Source: the human T2T-CHM13v2.0 reference genome, Homo sapiens. From it: a stretch of DNA of 64,000 bases. The notes under the pieces are model-generated. The model had not been told where the DNA came from. It did no database searches and saw nothing but the letters and a program-made list of their open reading frames with translations. Positions 13,826-28,857 of this stretch are shown here, one piece after another. The translations under genes were made by a program, and so were the position numbers. Position 1 is the first letter of the stretch. Every line of letters starts with the position of its first letter. The stretch lies in the NCBI RefSeq assembly GCF_009914755.1, contig NC_060947.1. One strand, given 5' to 3'.

Positions 13826-16545
13826 AAAGGCTGGAAGGCAGAGATTACAATTAAAAATCTAATCTGAAACTGCCTGGTGCAAGAGTATGGCAGATTAATC
13901 ACGAAAAAAATTGACAAAAGGACCAGGGTCGTTTGATTCAACCCTTGGCTGGGTTTTGCACAAAGTCTTTTGCACAAGAAAGGGTACAATTACCTTGGGG
14001 TGAGGAAAAGAAGTTTTTCAAACTATAACATAAAAATATAAGGGTTTATTGGATTATGAAAGTTAGTATCTTTGAACACACTTTATATGAAATAATTGCA
14101 TCTCTTTCAACTGATGGTATTATGTTAATGAACATTGTAGATTATTAGGGAATGTTTCTTCTACCTGCTACTGTAAAACAGAAGGCATTTAAATTCGCCC
14201 TTCAATCAACATTATTTGGACATGCCAAGTGAGAATCTGTATGATTGCCCAAGTTCACACAGTGCAGAGTAGAAGCCAAAGTGCTGGCTGGTAATGACAA
14301 ATTATTTACTTATTCCACTTGAGGGACATTTACTGCCTTAGCTAAAGCTACCCCTATGACACCTGAAATCCCCATGCTGTATCAGGTGATGTCAGATATA
14401 TATTCTAATGGGGAAGGCAGTGTCCAGAAGAGGTTTATAATAAAATGAAAATGGATTATAGAGGATCATGCTACCTGGAGAATGCAAGGAGGAGATACTC
14501 TCAAGCAGGGATTTTTTTCTTCCATAGTTCACTTGTAACTGCATGAAAAACTGTTGGATTCTACAGTGCCTGATAAATAGCTCTCAACTGACCAACCAAG
14601 AGCTACTTGGTTCACGGATGGCAATTCCAAGGTAAATGGACACCATCCTCTTTAGAAGGCTGTTACTTTAGACCAAAGAAGGTAAAAACAGGCCTGCTCT
14701 ATGAGCTGAATTGCATGCTGTTTTTTTAACAGTGATGGAAAAATTAAACAATGGTACAAGCCCCTGTGTTAAGTTTTTACTAGCCCACGGGCTGTGACCA
14801 ATAGCCTGACTATATGCTCAGATATCAGGGCAATGGGAGCCTGGCCTGTTAAAAGAATGCCCATATGGAGCTTGGCTCCATGGAGATTTGAGGGGTGCAT
14901 TAAAGTAGAACAAGTCAATGGCCATCAGAACTCTCTTCCAGGTTCAGAAAGTGACTGAAATTGACAAGCAGATATCCCCATGTGTTCTGTTGAGGTGGTC
15001 ATCTGGGTCCATCAGATAAGTGGATATGGAGGTATTGTAGCAGTGCAGAGACATGCTGAATCTAGACATGTTCCTTTTGCACCCTCTCAGGCACAAAATC
15101 CCAGAAAAACTCTTCCATTTCTCAGCAAGAGAGACAGAGACTGCTGATTACTACCGGGCGGATTTCTCTGGTGGGAAGGCCCTGAACATAACTGGCAAGT
15201 GAGACTGATGCTTATAGCCCTGAAGGGCTGAAAGTGGGTCTTGACAGGAATAGACAATAACTCTGGAGTAGGCTTTTGTTGTCCAATGAACAATGAAAAT
15301 GCTCAGAGTGCCAAAAAAAAAAAAAAAAAACAGAGAACATTGCATGGATTTGGATGGCTGACCATCAATTTTTTCAGACCAAAGAGCACACTGCACAGTC
15401 CACAAATTCCAACAACAGGCAGAGAGATATCCTCCTTAGAGTAATAATTTGATGGAGAAGTAGAACAGGCAATTGGTTTCAATTGGTTGTCTAAGACAGG
15501 GGAAGATAAAGGAATAAAGAGCTGGCTTGCACGCCTTCATTAGTGTGTGCTCACACTCAACATGAATGGGAATGTAGTGCCCCTGTTAGACTTTTCTGTT
15601 TTATTTTGTTTTGTTTTGTTTCTGGTTGATCTGGGGGAAGAGATAATGGGGAAGATGCATGTATAATCATGCAGTTCTCACCAAGGGAGGAGTACATTGG
15701 TATTAACACTGTGTATTTTTTTCTTTCTTCCCAAATTATCTCAAAAAATGATTTTTCTCTTCCTTACCTGATGCAGTGATCTTAGGACCAGGACTGCAAG
15801 AACAAGTGCTGCAACAGCAGGGATGATTTCTAAACAGAAAACTGTAACTATATTTTTAAACTTTATGTCAAAATTCCTAAAAGCACGATGGTGGTTGGTT
15901 GTGTCTTCACCACATCTAGCAAAATTGAGGCTAACAGTGAGTGCAGCTATGTTGCCTGGTGGTAAAAATAGCTCACTAATTCTGCACCCTACCCTGTCTG
16001 AATGGGAGTGAACTGGATTTGTATTGCTACCTGCAATGTAGACAAGCACAGTGGTGATTCCAGTGCCACTTCCAAAAGTGAAAAAGTGTCAGTGTTAATG
16101 AAGAGAAGGGGAAATAGTAGCTGAGAGTAAAAAATGAATAAATGGGTTCTTCACTGAGGAAAATTTAATATTACATTAAAAACTCAAAAGAGTCTCAGAG
16201 TAAGAGATAACATTGTCTCAGCATAATTATCCCAGATGCCTGAAAGGGTGAAGTTGTATACTTACCAAGGTCATTCCTGCTTTTGGAACCTGACAAGATT
16301 GAGAGGATGCCTGCATACTTAAGTGACCTCATCTTGGGAGATATTCATACACTATGATGGACTGGATTAATTGTTATTGATTGATTGTGATATATATATT
16401 TGATGTAAAGGTTCCATGGTAAAAAACCAGGAGGTGGCCCTTTGGTGTTATAGTATACATTGGTTTTTGTCCATGGTTACGGACTCATAACTCCCACAGC
16501 CCTTGTTACCATCTTTTATTATAATACTGGGTATGTTAGAACTCA

Positions 16546-16927
<382 letters not shown>

Positions 16928-17140
16928 TTAAGACCCTTCCATGAGAGGATCTCACCCTATACCCTGGAGGAAGAAATCCTGTTGTCATGAAGCTTCCATA
17001 AAACCCCAAGGGGGCAGACAGGGTTAAGGGAGCTTCCAGATAGGTGAACACGTGGAGGTCCCTGGAGGCTGATGCACCCAGAGAAGACATGGGAACTCTA
17101 TGCCTCTTCCCTTATGCCTCACTCTATGCATCTTTTCATC

Positions 17141-17343
17141 TAGTCTAGCAAGTAGTCTAGTCGAGCAGGTAGGTCCTCCTCAGTTTACTCCCATTCAGAC
17201 GGGGTAAGGTGCAGAATTAGTGATTTATTTTTACCATCAGGCAATATAGCTGCATTCAGTGTTAGCCTCAATTTTTCTAGATGTGGTAAAGGCACAACCC
17301 ACCACCGTCATGCCTTTAGGACGTTTGACATAAAGCTTAAAAG
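17141..17343 (-). repeat. Inverted copy of ERVL internal segment ~15854-16015 inserted in the LTR
   Basis: Reverse complement ttttaagctttatgtcaaacgtcctaaaggcatgacgg...gtctgaatgggagtaaactg aligns to ttttaaactttatgtcaaaattcctaaaagcacgatgg...gtctgaatgggagtgaactg; about 19 mismatches over ~162 bp by hand count. Confidence 0.9.
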
Positions 17344-17731
17344 TTGTATCCTTTGCAATATTATTTATAATAAACCAATAAACATAGGTAAGTGTTTCCC
17401 TGAGTTCTGTGAGCTGCTCCTGCAAATTAATCAACCCCAAAGAAGGAGTCATGGGGATTCTAATTTGAAGCCATTTGGTCAGAAGCTCTGGGGACCCAGA
17501 CTTGCAACTGGTGTGTGGAGAGGAGCAGTCTTGGGAATTGAGGCCTCTACTGTGGGATCTGACACTCTCTTCAGGCAGGTAGTGATAGAAATGAATTAGA
17601 GGACAACCAGCTGATGTCTGCTGGTGTGGGGAAAAACCCCACACAGTTGGTCACAGAAGCCTTCTTCTGTGTTTATTATTGTTGTGGTGTGAAAATAGAG
17701 GAAAACATGGTTTGGGAGTGTTCTCCCTACA

Positions 17732-20700
17732 CGGAAGGTAGGAAAGAAAGTCTTTGATCACTGATACCAACCACACCTCCTCATCCTTCAGCAGTGGCTG
17801 CATGGAACAGAGAAGTAATCTGTATGCTGAAGAGAGAGAGAGCACAGAAATAGTGAGAGATCACATTGAACTCAGCACTGCCCTGTCACAGGGAAAAGCA
17901 AAATTGGGCTGAACTCAGCTGACCCTTGCCCATGTAGGAAATATTCAAACCAGCACTAGCCAGATGGGATCACTCATCTCAGCTGTCACCACCAAGGACT
18001 AAAGGGTTTTGGGGCTCTGAGTAAACAGGACAGGCAGTCTAGGACACAAGACTGCCATTCCTAGGTAAGTCTTAGTGCAGAACTGGGCTCAGAGTCACAT
18101 ACTTGGGCAGGGTATGCAGTCTCCTGAGACACAAGCCAGGGCAGCTAACAGAGTGCTTGAACCACCCATCCCAACCCTAGGCAGCATACTTCATGGCTGC
18201 AAAAGAGACCATTACTGTCTGCATGAGGATAGTAGAGGGGAGAGTGAAGAGGACTTTGTCTTGCATCTTAGATATCAGCTCATCCACAGTAGGATAGGGC
18301 ATTAGTCAGAGTCATGAGGCCCTTTTCAGGACCTAGCTTCTAGATGACATTTCTGGACACACCCTGGGAATTAAGGGAATCCACTGCCTTGAGGGGAAGA
18401 ATGCAGTCCTGTCAGGACCCATCACCTGCTGACTAAAGAGCCCTCAGGCCTTGAATAACCAGCACTGATATCCAGGTAGTACACCATGGGCCTTGGCTGA
18501 TACTCTGAGATGTGCTGGCTTCAGTAGGGGCTAAGCACATTTCCAGCTGTGGTGGCTATGAGGAAAGGCTCCTTCTGCTTGATAAAAGAGGAGGGAAATG
18601 TAAAAGGGACTTCATCTAGCACCTTAGGTACAAGCGCAGTGACAGGAGGGTAGAGCATCAAGTGGGCTGTTGGAGTCCCTGATTCCAAGTCTTGTTCCAG
18701 AGCCAAGCATTTCTGGATTTGCCCTGGGCCAGATGAGAGCCAATCACTCTGAAAAGTGAATCCCAGGCAAGATAGCATTCACCAAAAGCTAGTGAAAGAG
18801 CCCTTCGGCCTTAAGTGAGCTTTGGTGGTATAGCCTGACAGTACTCATGATTCTTTGGTGATGGTGGCCATGGGTTGAGACTTCCCTGCCTGTGGAAAGG
18901 GAGGGAAGAGTGAGGACTGTGTCTTGTGGTTTGAGTGCCAGTTTAGCTTTGGTAAAATAGAACACCAGGTAGACTTCTAAGGTATTTGACTCCATTCCAT
19001 AGCTCCTAAAGAGCATATTTAGATCCACTAAGGGCCTGGGAAATCTTGCCATACTTAGGGGAAGGACATGAGCTTGGCTTCCTTTACCACCTGCTGATTG
19101 TAGAACCCCAACGCATTGAGTGAAGATAGGCAGTATCCATGGAGTGGTTACAGTGGGTCTGGAGTAAAACCCAGGGCTCTGCTGGCTTCAGGTCTGACCC
19201 AGTGCAATCCTAGAGGTGCTGGAAATTGGGCTGCTTATGTCACACCACCACCACCTCCAGGTGGCTCAAAAAAGAGAGAAAGGCTCTGTTTGTTTGGGAG
19301 AAAGTAAGGGAAGAAAGCAGAGTCTCTGCCTGATAATCCAGAAAATTCTTTTTGATCTTATCCAAAACCATCACAGTGGTACCTCTGTGATTCTACAAGA
19401 ACCACAGCATTACTGGGCTTGTGGTGACCCCCTAATGCAGATATGGCTTAGATCACAATACCCAATTCCTTTTAAATATCTGAAAAGCCCTCCCATGAAG
19501 AACAGGTACAATAAAGTTCAGACTGCAAAGACTACAGTAAGTACATAAAATCAGAAATTCTGGAGTTGAAAAATGATGCACTGAAGAATGCATCAGAGTC
19601 TCCTAATAGCAGAATTGACCAATCAGAAGAAAGAATGGGTGGTCCTGAAGACAGACTATTTGGAAATGCACAGTCAGAGGAGACAAAAAAGAAAGGAGTA
19701 TAAAAAAATAAAGCATGCCTACAGAATTTAAAAGTAGCCTCAAAAGGCCAAATCTAAGAGTTTTGGGTCTTAAAGAGGAGCTAAAGAAAAAAATAGAAAT
19801 AGAAAGTTTATTCAAAAGAAAAACAATAGAAAACTTTCCAAACCTAAGGAAAGATACCAATATTCAAGTTCAAGAAGGTCATAGAAGACCAAACAGACAT
19901 AAACCAAAGAAGACAATCTCAAGCCATTTTAAAACCAAACTCACAAAGGTCAAAGATAAAGAAAAGATACTAAAAGCAACAAGAGAAAAACAAAAACAAA
20001 TAACATACAATGGAGCTCTGCAACATTTCTGGTAGTGGGCTTTTCACTGGAAACCTTGCAGGCCAGAAGACAGTGGCATAACATATTTAAAATGCTGAAG
20101 GAAATAAAACTTTGACCCTAGAAGAGTATAAGCAGTAGAAATATTCTTCAAATACAGAAGACAAATAAAGACTTTCTCAGACAAAAAAAAAAAAACTTAT
20201 GGGTTTCATCAACACAATATCAATCCTACAAGAAATGCTATAGGCAGTATTTCAGTCAGAAAAAAATGATGTTAATGAGCAATAAGAAATCATCTGAAGG
20301 TACAAAACTCTCTGGTAATAGTAAGTAAACAGAAAAACACAGAATATTATAATACTATTACTGTGGTGTGTAAACTACACTTAAGTAGAAAGACTAGAAG
20401 ATGATCCAATAAAATAATAATTACAAGAATTGTTCAAGATATAGACAGTACAATAAGATAAAAATGAAAACAACAATAAATAAAAAATCAGAGAAACAAT
20501 GTTATGGTGTAGAGTTACTATTGGTATTGTTTTTGCTTGTTTATTTGATCATTTATTTAGTGTTAAGATGTGATCAGCAAAAAAAGTTATAAAATAGTAT
20601 TTGCAAGCCTCATGGTAAGCTCAAATAAAAAACATGTAAAAATACACAAAAAATGGAAAGGAAGTAACTAATTTCTATCACCAGAATATCACCTTGACTA

Positions 20701-22040
20701 AAAAAAAGACAAGAAAGAAGGAAGGCATGAAAAGCAGACCAGAAAACAAATAGCAATGTAGCAGGAGCAAGTCCTTATTTATTCATAATAGCATTCAATG
20801 TAAATGGACTAAGTTTTGCAATCAAAGGCACAGAGTAGTTGAATGAATTAAAAAAATAAAACCCAGTGATCTGTTGCCTATAAGAAACATACCTCATCTA
20901 TAAAGACACACAGAGATTGGAAATAAAAGGATGAAAAACTATATTTATTGCCAATGGAAAGCAAAAAAAAATCAGGAGTAGCTGTACTTATATGAGTCTA
21001 AATGAATTTCAAGATAAAACCTGTAAGAAGAGAAAAAGAAGTTCACTGTATAATGATACAAAGGTCAATTCATCAAGAAGATATAAAGACTTAAATCCAT
21101 GACCTCAAAATGTGAAACTACTACAACATTGGGGAAAATCTCCAGGACATTATTCCGGGCCAAATTTTTTGAGCAATCCCCCATAAGCACAGGCAACCAA
21201 AGCAAAAATGGAAAAATGGGATCACATCAAGTTAAAAAGATTCTGTGCAGCAAAGAACACAATCAACAAAATGAGAAGTCAATGCATAGGGTGGGAGAAA
21301 ATATTTGCAGACTCCCCATCTGACAAGGGATTACTAACCAGAATATATAAGTAGCTCAAACAACTCTATAGGAAAAAATCTAATAACCTGGTTAAAAATG
21401 GGTCAAATATCTGAATAGACATTTCTCAAAAGAAGACATACATGTGACAAACAGGTATATAAAATGGTGCTTAATATCATTGATCATCAGAGAAAAACAA
21501 ATCAAAACTACAATGAGATATCATCTCACCCTAGTTAAAATGTGTTTTTTTTCCAAAAACACACAATAAAAAATGCCAGCGAGGATATGAAGAAAAGGGA
21601 ACCCTCATACACTGTTGGTGGGAATGTCAGTTAATATAACTGTTGTGGAGAAAAGTTTGAAGGCAATTCATAAAAAATTAATATTAGAGTTATCATATGA
21701 TCCAGTAATCTCACTGCTGGGTATATACCTGAAAGAAGGGAAATCAGTGTATCAAGGATATATCTGCACTCCCACGTTTGTTGCAGCACTCTTCACAATA
21801 GCCAAAGTTTGGAAGCAACCAACACACATATGGATAAAAAATGTGCTACATATACACAATGGAGTACTACTCAGCCATTAAAAAAATGACAGACATTCTG
21901 TCATTTGCTAAGACCTGGATGGAACTGGAGGTCATTACATTAAGTGAAATAATCCAGGCACATAAAGACAAACTTTACATATTCTCACTTTTGTGGGAAC
22001 TAAAAATTAAAACAATTGAACTCACAGACATAGCAGAATG
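17732..22040 (+). mobile_element. L1MA-like element: 5' UTR, ORF1, EN start, large internal ORF2 deletion (~21085), 3' region
   Basis: ORF1-like KRPNLRVLGLKEE...IENFPNLRKD (19715-20035). EN region lies at ~20750-21080, then jumps to aagacttaaat (late ORF2). L1MA-type aaaattaaaacaattgaactc appears near 22010. Confidence 0.82.
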
Positions 22041-25000
22041 TAATGGGCATAGTGCTTGATAGTTTTCTCATCTGATCCTCCTCTCACCCTCTTTTTTCAA
22101 GTATGTCTGTTGTTTCTTTCTTTATGGCCATGTGTACTCGATGTTTAGTTTCCACTTACACAAGAAAATGAGATGTTTGGTTTTCTTTTTCTGTGTTAAT
22201 TCACTTAGGATAATTGCTTCCAATTGCATCCCTGTTGCTGCAAAGGACATGATTTTGTTCTTTTTTTGGCTGCATAGTATTCCGTGGTGTATACAGACCA
22301 TATTTTCTTTATACAGTCCAACACTGATGTACATTTAAGGGGATTCTATGTCATTGCTATTGTGAATAGTGCTGTGATGAACATATGAATACATGTATCT
22401 TTATGATAGAACAATTTATATTCTTTTGGATATAGACTTATTAATGGGACGACTGGGTTTACAGGTAGTTCTAAGTTATTTGAGAAAAGTCCAAACTGCT
22501 TTCTGCAGTGGCTGAATTAATATATATATTTCCAACAGCAATGTACAAATGTTCCCTTTTCTTCACAACCTCACCAGCATCTGTTACTTTTTGACTTTTT
22601 AATAATAGCCATTCTGCCTGTTGTGAGATGATACATCATTGTGGTTTTGATTTGCATTTATATAATGATAGGTGCTGCTGAACATTTGTTCATATGATTG
22701 TTGGCTGCATTTATGTCTTCTTTTGAGAAGTGTCTGTTCATGTTCTTTGCCCATTTTTGAATGGGGTTGTTTGTATTTTGCTTTTTAAGTTCTATATAGA
22801 CTCTGGATAGTAGACCTTTTTTTAGATGCATAGTTTGAAAATATTTTTTCCCACTCTGTAGGGTGGTGGCTTACTCTGTTGATGATTTCTTTTGCTGTGC
22901 AGTAGCTCTTTAATATAATTAGATCACATTTCTCATTTGTTTCATAAATTTTCTTATTATTTTCATGGGCACATTGTAGGTGTATATATTTATAGGGCAC
23001 ATGAGTTGTTTTGATACAGGCATGCAAGGTAGAATAAGCACATCATGGATAATGGGGCATCCATCCTGTCAGTCATTTATCCTTTGTGTTACAAACAACA
23101 TAATTACATTATTTTTATTATTTAAAATGTACAATTAAGTTACTATTTACTATAGTCGCCCTGCTGTGCTATCAAATAGTAGGTCCTTTTTTATTCCTTC
23201 TAACTATATTTTGTACCCATTAACCATCTCTACCTCTCCCAAAGCTCCTAACCCCCACTACACTCCCCAGCTTCTAGTAATCATCCTTCTACTCTCTATG
23301 TCCATGAATTCAATTATTTTGATATTTAGATTTCACAAATAAGTGAGAACATGTGATGTTTGTCTTTCTGTGCCTGGCTTATTTCATGTAACATAAAAAT
23401 CTCCAGTTCCATCCATATAGTTGCAAATGACAGAATCTCATTCTTTTTTATGGCTGAGTAGTAGTCCATTGTGTATACCTACCACATTTTTTATCCATTC
23501 ATCTGTTGATAGGCACTTAGATTGCTTCCAAATCTTAGCTATTGTGAACAGTGCTGCAACAAACATGTGAGTGCAGATATCCCTTCGCTATACTGACTTT
23601 CATTCTTTTGGGTATATAACCAGAAGTGGGATTGCTGGATCACATTCAACTGTTGGGTTTCTTTCAGTTGTTTTTCCAGTTTTCATCATAAAAACTTTGC
23701 AGGGCCTATGTCCAGAATGGTATTTCCTAGGTTATCTTCCACAGTTTTTATTGCTTTAGGTTTTGCATTTAAGTCTTTAATTTATCTTGAGTTGATTTTT
23801 TTATATGCTGCAACAAAGGGGTCCACCTTCAATCTTCTGCATATGACTAGCTAGTTATCCTAGCACTGTTTGTTAAATACAGAGTTCTTTTCCCATTGCT
23901 TCTTATTATTGATTTTGTCAAAGATCAGATGGCTGTAGGTATGTGGCTTTATTTCTGGGTTACCCAACCTGTTCCACTGGTTTATGTGTGTGTTTATTAG
24001 TACCATGCTGTTTCAGTTACTGTTGATTTGTAGTATAGTTTGAAGATGGGTAGTGTGGTTTCTCTAGCTTTGCTGTTTTTTCCTTAGGATTGCTCTGGCT
24101 ATTTGGGCTGTCTTCCTCTTCCACATGAATTTTAGAATAGTATTTTTCTAATTCTGTAATAAATTTCATTGGTAATTAGATAGGGACATTATTGAGACTG
24201 CAACTTATTTTATGCAGTAAGGCCATTTTAATAATGTTGATTCTTCCTATCAATGTGCATAGAATGTTTATCCATTTCTTTATGTCCTCTCTGATTTTTT
24301 TAGCAGTGTTTTACAATTTTCATTGTAGAGATCTTTTTATCTCTCTGGTTATCTCTATTCCCTTGTATTTTATTTTTTGAGGCTATTGTGAGTGGGATTG
24401 TGTTCTTCATTTAGTTCTCAGCTTGTATGTTATTGGTATGTAGAAATCTTACTGATTTTTTTACATGGATTTCATATCATAAAACTTTTCTGAAGATGTT
24501 TATTAGATCTAGAAGCCCTGGACAGAAACTATGGGGTTTTTGAGGTATAGATTTATATGATCTGTGAAGAGATAGTTTGACTTCTCTTTCTATTTGGATG
24601 TCTATTATTTATTTTTCTTTTCTGATTTCTTTAGCTAGTACACCTAGTACCAAGTTGAATAGCAGTGATGAGGGTGAAACTCCTTCCCTTGTTCTTTTTC
24701 TCAAGGGCAATGCTTCCAGCTTCTGTCATTTCATTATGATGTTGGCTGTCAGTTTGTCAAATAGGAATCTTAATATTTTGAAGTATCTTCCTTTGATATC
24801 TAGTTTGTTGAAGGTTTTTAACATAAAAGGATGTTGAATTTTATCAACAGCCTTCTCTATGTCTATTGAGATGATTGTGTGGTTTTGCTTTTAGTTCTAT
24901 TTATGCAACAATTCACATTAATTGATTTGCATATGTTAAACCAACTTTGCATTGCAGAAATAAAGACTATTTAGGGTGCTGGATTAGTGTTTTGATGTGC

Positions 25001-28000
25001 TGCTGGATTAAGTTTGCTAGTATTTTGTTGAGAATTTTTGCATCTATGTTCATCAAGGATATTGACCTGAAGTTTCCTTTCTTGTTCCAGCTCTGTCATA
25101 TTTTGGTATCAGTATGATGCTGGCTTCATAGAGTGAGGGAGAAAGAAATTCCTCCTTCTTGATTTTTTGTAAAACTTTGAATAAGATTGGTAATATTTCT
25201 TTTGTATTCTTCTGGAAGAATTAGGCTGTGAATCTCTCTGATCCAGAATTTTTTCAAGTTGGTAGGTTTTTCATTATTGATTCAATTTTGGAACTCATAA
25301 TTGATCTGATCAGGGTTTTAATTTCTTTCTGGTTAAATCTTGGGAGGTTTAGCATTACCAAGAGTGTATCCATTGTTCATAGTAGTCACTGAGTTTTGTG
25401 TTTTTTTTTTGTATTTCTGTGGGTTGGTGGTAATGTTCCCTTTGTCATTTCTGATTCTGCTTATTTGAATCTTCTCTCTTTTAATTTATTAGTCTAGCTA
25501 GTGATATACCAATGTTATTTGTTCTTTCTAAAAACCAGCTCCTGGATTCATTGATCTTTTGTGTAGTTTTTGCATCTCAGTTTCATTCTATTTAAATCTG
25601 ATTTCGGTTATTTTGTTTTTCTGCTACTAGCTTTGGAGTAGATTTGCTCTTGTTTTTTCTATTTCTTCTATGTGTGATGTTAGATTGTTAACAATATTTT
25701 TCTAACTTTTTAATGTGGGTGTTTAGCACCATAAACTTCTTCTTAACATGCTTTAGCTCTGCCCAACAAGTTCTGTTTTGCTATATCTTTGTTCTCATGA
25801 GTTAAACTAATTCTTACTTGCTGCCTTAATTTCATTTTTTACCCAAAAACCATTCAGTAGCAGATTGCTTAATTTCCGTGTAATTTTATGGTTTTGAGAG
25901 ATTTCTTGGTATTGAGTTGTGTTTTTATTGCTGTGTGGGCCAAGATTGTGGTTGAAAAATTAAAAAAAAATTCTTTGAGCATTGCTCTATTACTGAGTGT
26001 GTGGTTAACTTTAAAACATGTGTCATGTGCAGATGAGAAGAATGTATACTCTGTTGTTGTTGGGTGGAATATACTATAGTTATCTGTTAGGTCCATTTAT
26101 TGAAATGTTAAGTTTGCATCCTGAGTATCTTTGTTAGCTTTCTGCCTCCATGATCTGTCTAGTACTGTCAGTATAGTGTCATTATCTAAGTTTCTTCATA
26201 GCTCTCTAACTACTTGTTTTATGAATATGGATGCTCCAGTGTTGGGTGCACATACATTTAAGATAGTTAATTCTTGTTGAATTCAACTCTTTATCATTAT
26301 GTAATATCTTTCATTGTCCTGTTTTGATTGTTGTTGCTTTGGAGTCTATTTTGTCTGAAATAAGAATAACAATCCCTGCTCTTTTTGTTTTTTATTTGCT
26401 TGATAGATCTTTCCCTATTCCTTTACTTTGATCCTATGATTTTCCTTGAGTGTGTGATGAGTCTCTTGAAGAGAGCATAGAGTTGGTTCTCGCTTCTTTA
26501 TCCAACATGCCACTCTATGACTTTTAGGTGGGTAATTTAGTCCATTTTCATTTAAGGTTAATATTAATATATGTGAATTTGATTCTTTCATTATGTTGTT
26601 AGCTAGTTGTTATGTACACTTGATTGTGTAGTTGCTTTACAGTGTCAATTGTCTATGTATTTAAGTATGTTTTTGTTGTGGCCACTCATAATCTTTCATT
26701 TTCATGTTTAATTCTCCCTTAAGAACCTCTTGTAAGGCATATCTGGTGGTGATAAATTCTCTTAGCATATGCTTGTTTCAAAGAGACTTTATTTTTTCTT
26801 TGCTTGTGAAGCCTAGTTTGGATGGATATAAAATTCTTGGTTGAAATTTTTATTCTTTAATAATGTTGAATATAAGCCCCTAACCTCTTCTGGCTTCTGA
26901 GGTCCTGCCAGAAATTCCACTGTTAGCCTGATAGGGTTCCCTTTGTCTGTGACCTACCCCTTTTCTCTCGCTGCCTTAAATATATTTTTTCTTTTCTATT
27001 GATCTTGGATAATCTGATGACTATGTGTCTTTGAATGTCATCTTGCATAGTATCTTGCAGGGGTTCTCTGAATTTCCCGAATTTTAATGTGGACCTTTCT
27101 AATGGTTGGAAAAATCTTCATGGACAATACTCTCAAATATATTTTCCAAGTTGCTTGCTATCTCTCCCTGTCTTTCAGGGATACCAATGAATCCTAGGTT
27201 TCATCTTTTTACATAATCCCATATTTTTCAGATGTTTTGTTCCTTCTGTTTTATTTTTTCTGACTGAGTTGAATCGACGAAAGCAGTCTTTGAGCTCTGA
27301 GGGTCTTTCCTCAGTTTGGTTGATTCAACCATTAATACTTCTGATTGTATGAGGAAATTCTTGTAGTGAGTTTTTCAGCTCTGTCAGATCACTTTGGTTC
27401 TTTCTTAACATGGTTATTGCACCTTTCAGCTTTTGAATAATTTTACTGGATTTCTTAAGATTACTTGGATTCAGTTTCACCTTTCTCCTGAATTTTGATG
27501 ATCTCTGTTGCCATATGGAATCATATTTATGTAATTTTTCAGCCATTTAAGTCTGGTTAAAAACCATTGCTCGTGAGCTAGTGTAATCATTTGAAGGTGA
27601 GAAGCCATTCATTTTTCAGACGTCAAATTTCTTACACTAGTTTTTTTCTCATCTGTCTTTGTGAGCTTATTTCCCTTTATTGAACTCAGAATTCTTTAGA
27701 TGGGACTTATTGCTTTTTTATTCTTGGAGGTTCTTGAGGATTTCACTGTGGTATAAGTTGGGTTTAGTCAACTAGCTTTGTCTTTGGATGATTTCAGGGG
27801 GCCAAGGCTCAGCTCAGCACTCCTGGCTACATGCTCTTACCCTGTGGGTCTTGGACCATGCCTACAGCTTTGGTCTCTGGCCTCTTGAGTTTAAGCACCT
27901 TCTATGCTGGAGGTCCCAAGTTGTTCTTAGTTCACTGGCAACAATACTCCAGTGGGGAGTGCTAGCAAAAGTCTTTCACTGGAGTGTTGGAAGCAGAGTC

Positions 28001-28852
28001 CGTATTCATGCATGCATCTGCAGTAGAGGAGCAGTTATGCAGCAATGTTTGTGTGTGTGCTGTTAGTGTTGGGGCAGCAAAATCCATGTACACATGTGTG
28101 CCAGTGAAGAAGTGGGTGGAGGCTGCAGGTGAGTACATGACATCAAAGTAGTGATAGGAGACTGCAGGCAGGTGTGTGCTAGTGGGATCCCATCTGCAAA
28201 TGCTCTCTGACAGTTTGGGAGGGACTGCCAGCATAAAAACTATGGCCATGGCTACTGGGAAGTGCCTCAGTTGTGCATCTGAGGCTGAGCTGCAAGAGGG
28301 TGTAGCCCGTCAAGGACCCTGGAAGAGTTTGGCATGTTGGGGGACAGGGGGGCACTCAGATCAAACTGGAAAGCTGGCTTTGTTCTAAGCAAGTCTCACA
28401 GTCAACAAAAGCCAAAGCCATCTAGAGGAGCATGGTGGGCCTTGGCGGATGTGTTTCCTTGGTCATGCTCCACTGCAGTCATTCCCACACCAAATCCTCC
28501 AGACTCCATGCACACTGGAGCCCTGTACTTGGCAATTTCAAATGTCCTTGGGGATCACTGAGTCGCCTGCAGCTAGGATTCCAGAGATCCATGATGAGAG
28601 TCAGCCACTGCATGCCTATTTAACTCACTCATTCCCCACGAACTACTCAGGGCCAGGAGTGAGTCGTGTTGATTGACAGTCCTCTGCAGGGTCTTCAGCA
28701 TTGTCCCCCTTTCGCCCAGAGGCTGCATCCTCCCTCTGTCCACTCTCAATGCCTTTCTTCCAAAAATCTGCTTGGAGTGTGTGGGCCATCCTGATGGTCT
28801 GGTCTCTCAGTGGGAGAAGCTCTTCCTGGCTGCATCTAGTCAACCATCTTCT
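22041..28852 (-). mobile_element. Near full-length older L1 (L1PA15/16-like), decayed; lacks its terminal ~100 bp and tail
   Basis: The reverse strand shows the ORF2 C-terminus, EN (MDLTDNYSIFHPTTTEYTFFSSAH, 25869-26096), ORF1 remnants and a 5' end aagatggttgactagatgcagccagg at ~28850. Confidence 0.85.
22945..23645 (-). mobile_element. L1MA-type 3' fragment nested in the older minus-strand L1
   Basis: A second 3'-UTR signature (gtaggtgtatatatttat...gatacaggcatgcaa) interrupts ORF2 of the host element. Confidence 0.75.
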
Positions 28853-28857
28853 CTCTG

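Larger units (their letters stand above)
11256..16440 (+). mobile_element. ERVL internal region (MER21-int-like), degenerate pol; interrupted by the PKM retrocopy; 5' LTR absent
   Basis: RNase H-like WFTDG (tggttcacggatggc, ~14608) and integrase-like WVLTGID (~15235). Purine-rich aaaaaccaggaggtggcc lies just before the LTR. Sequence is continuous across the pseudogene TSD. Confidence 0.72.
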
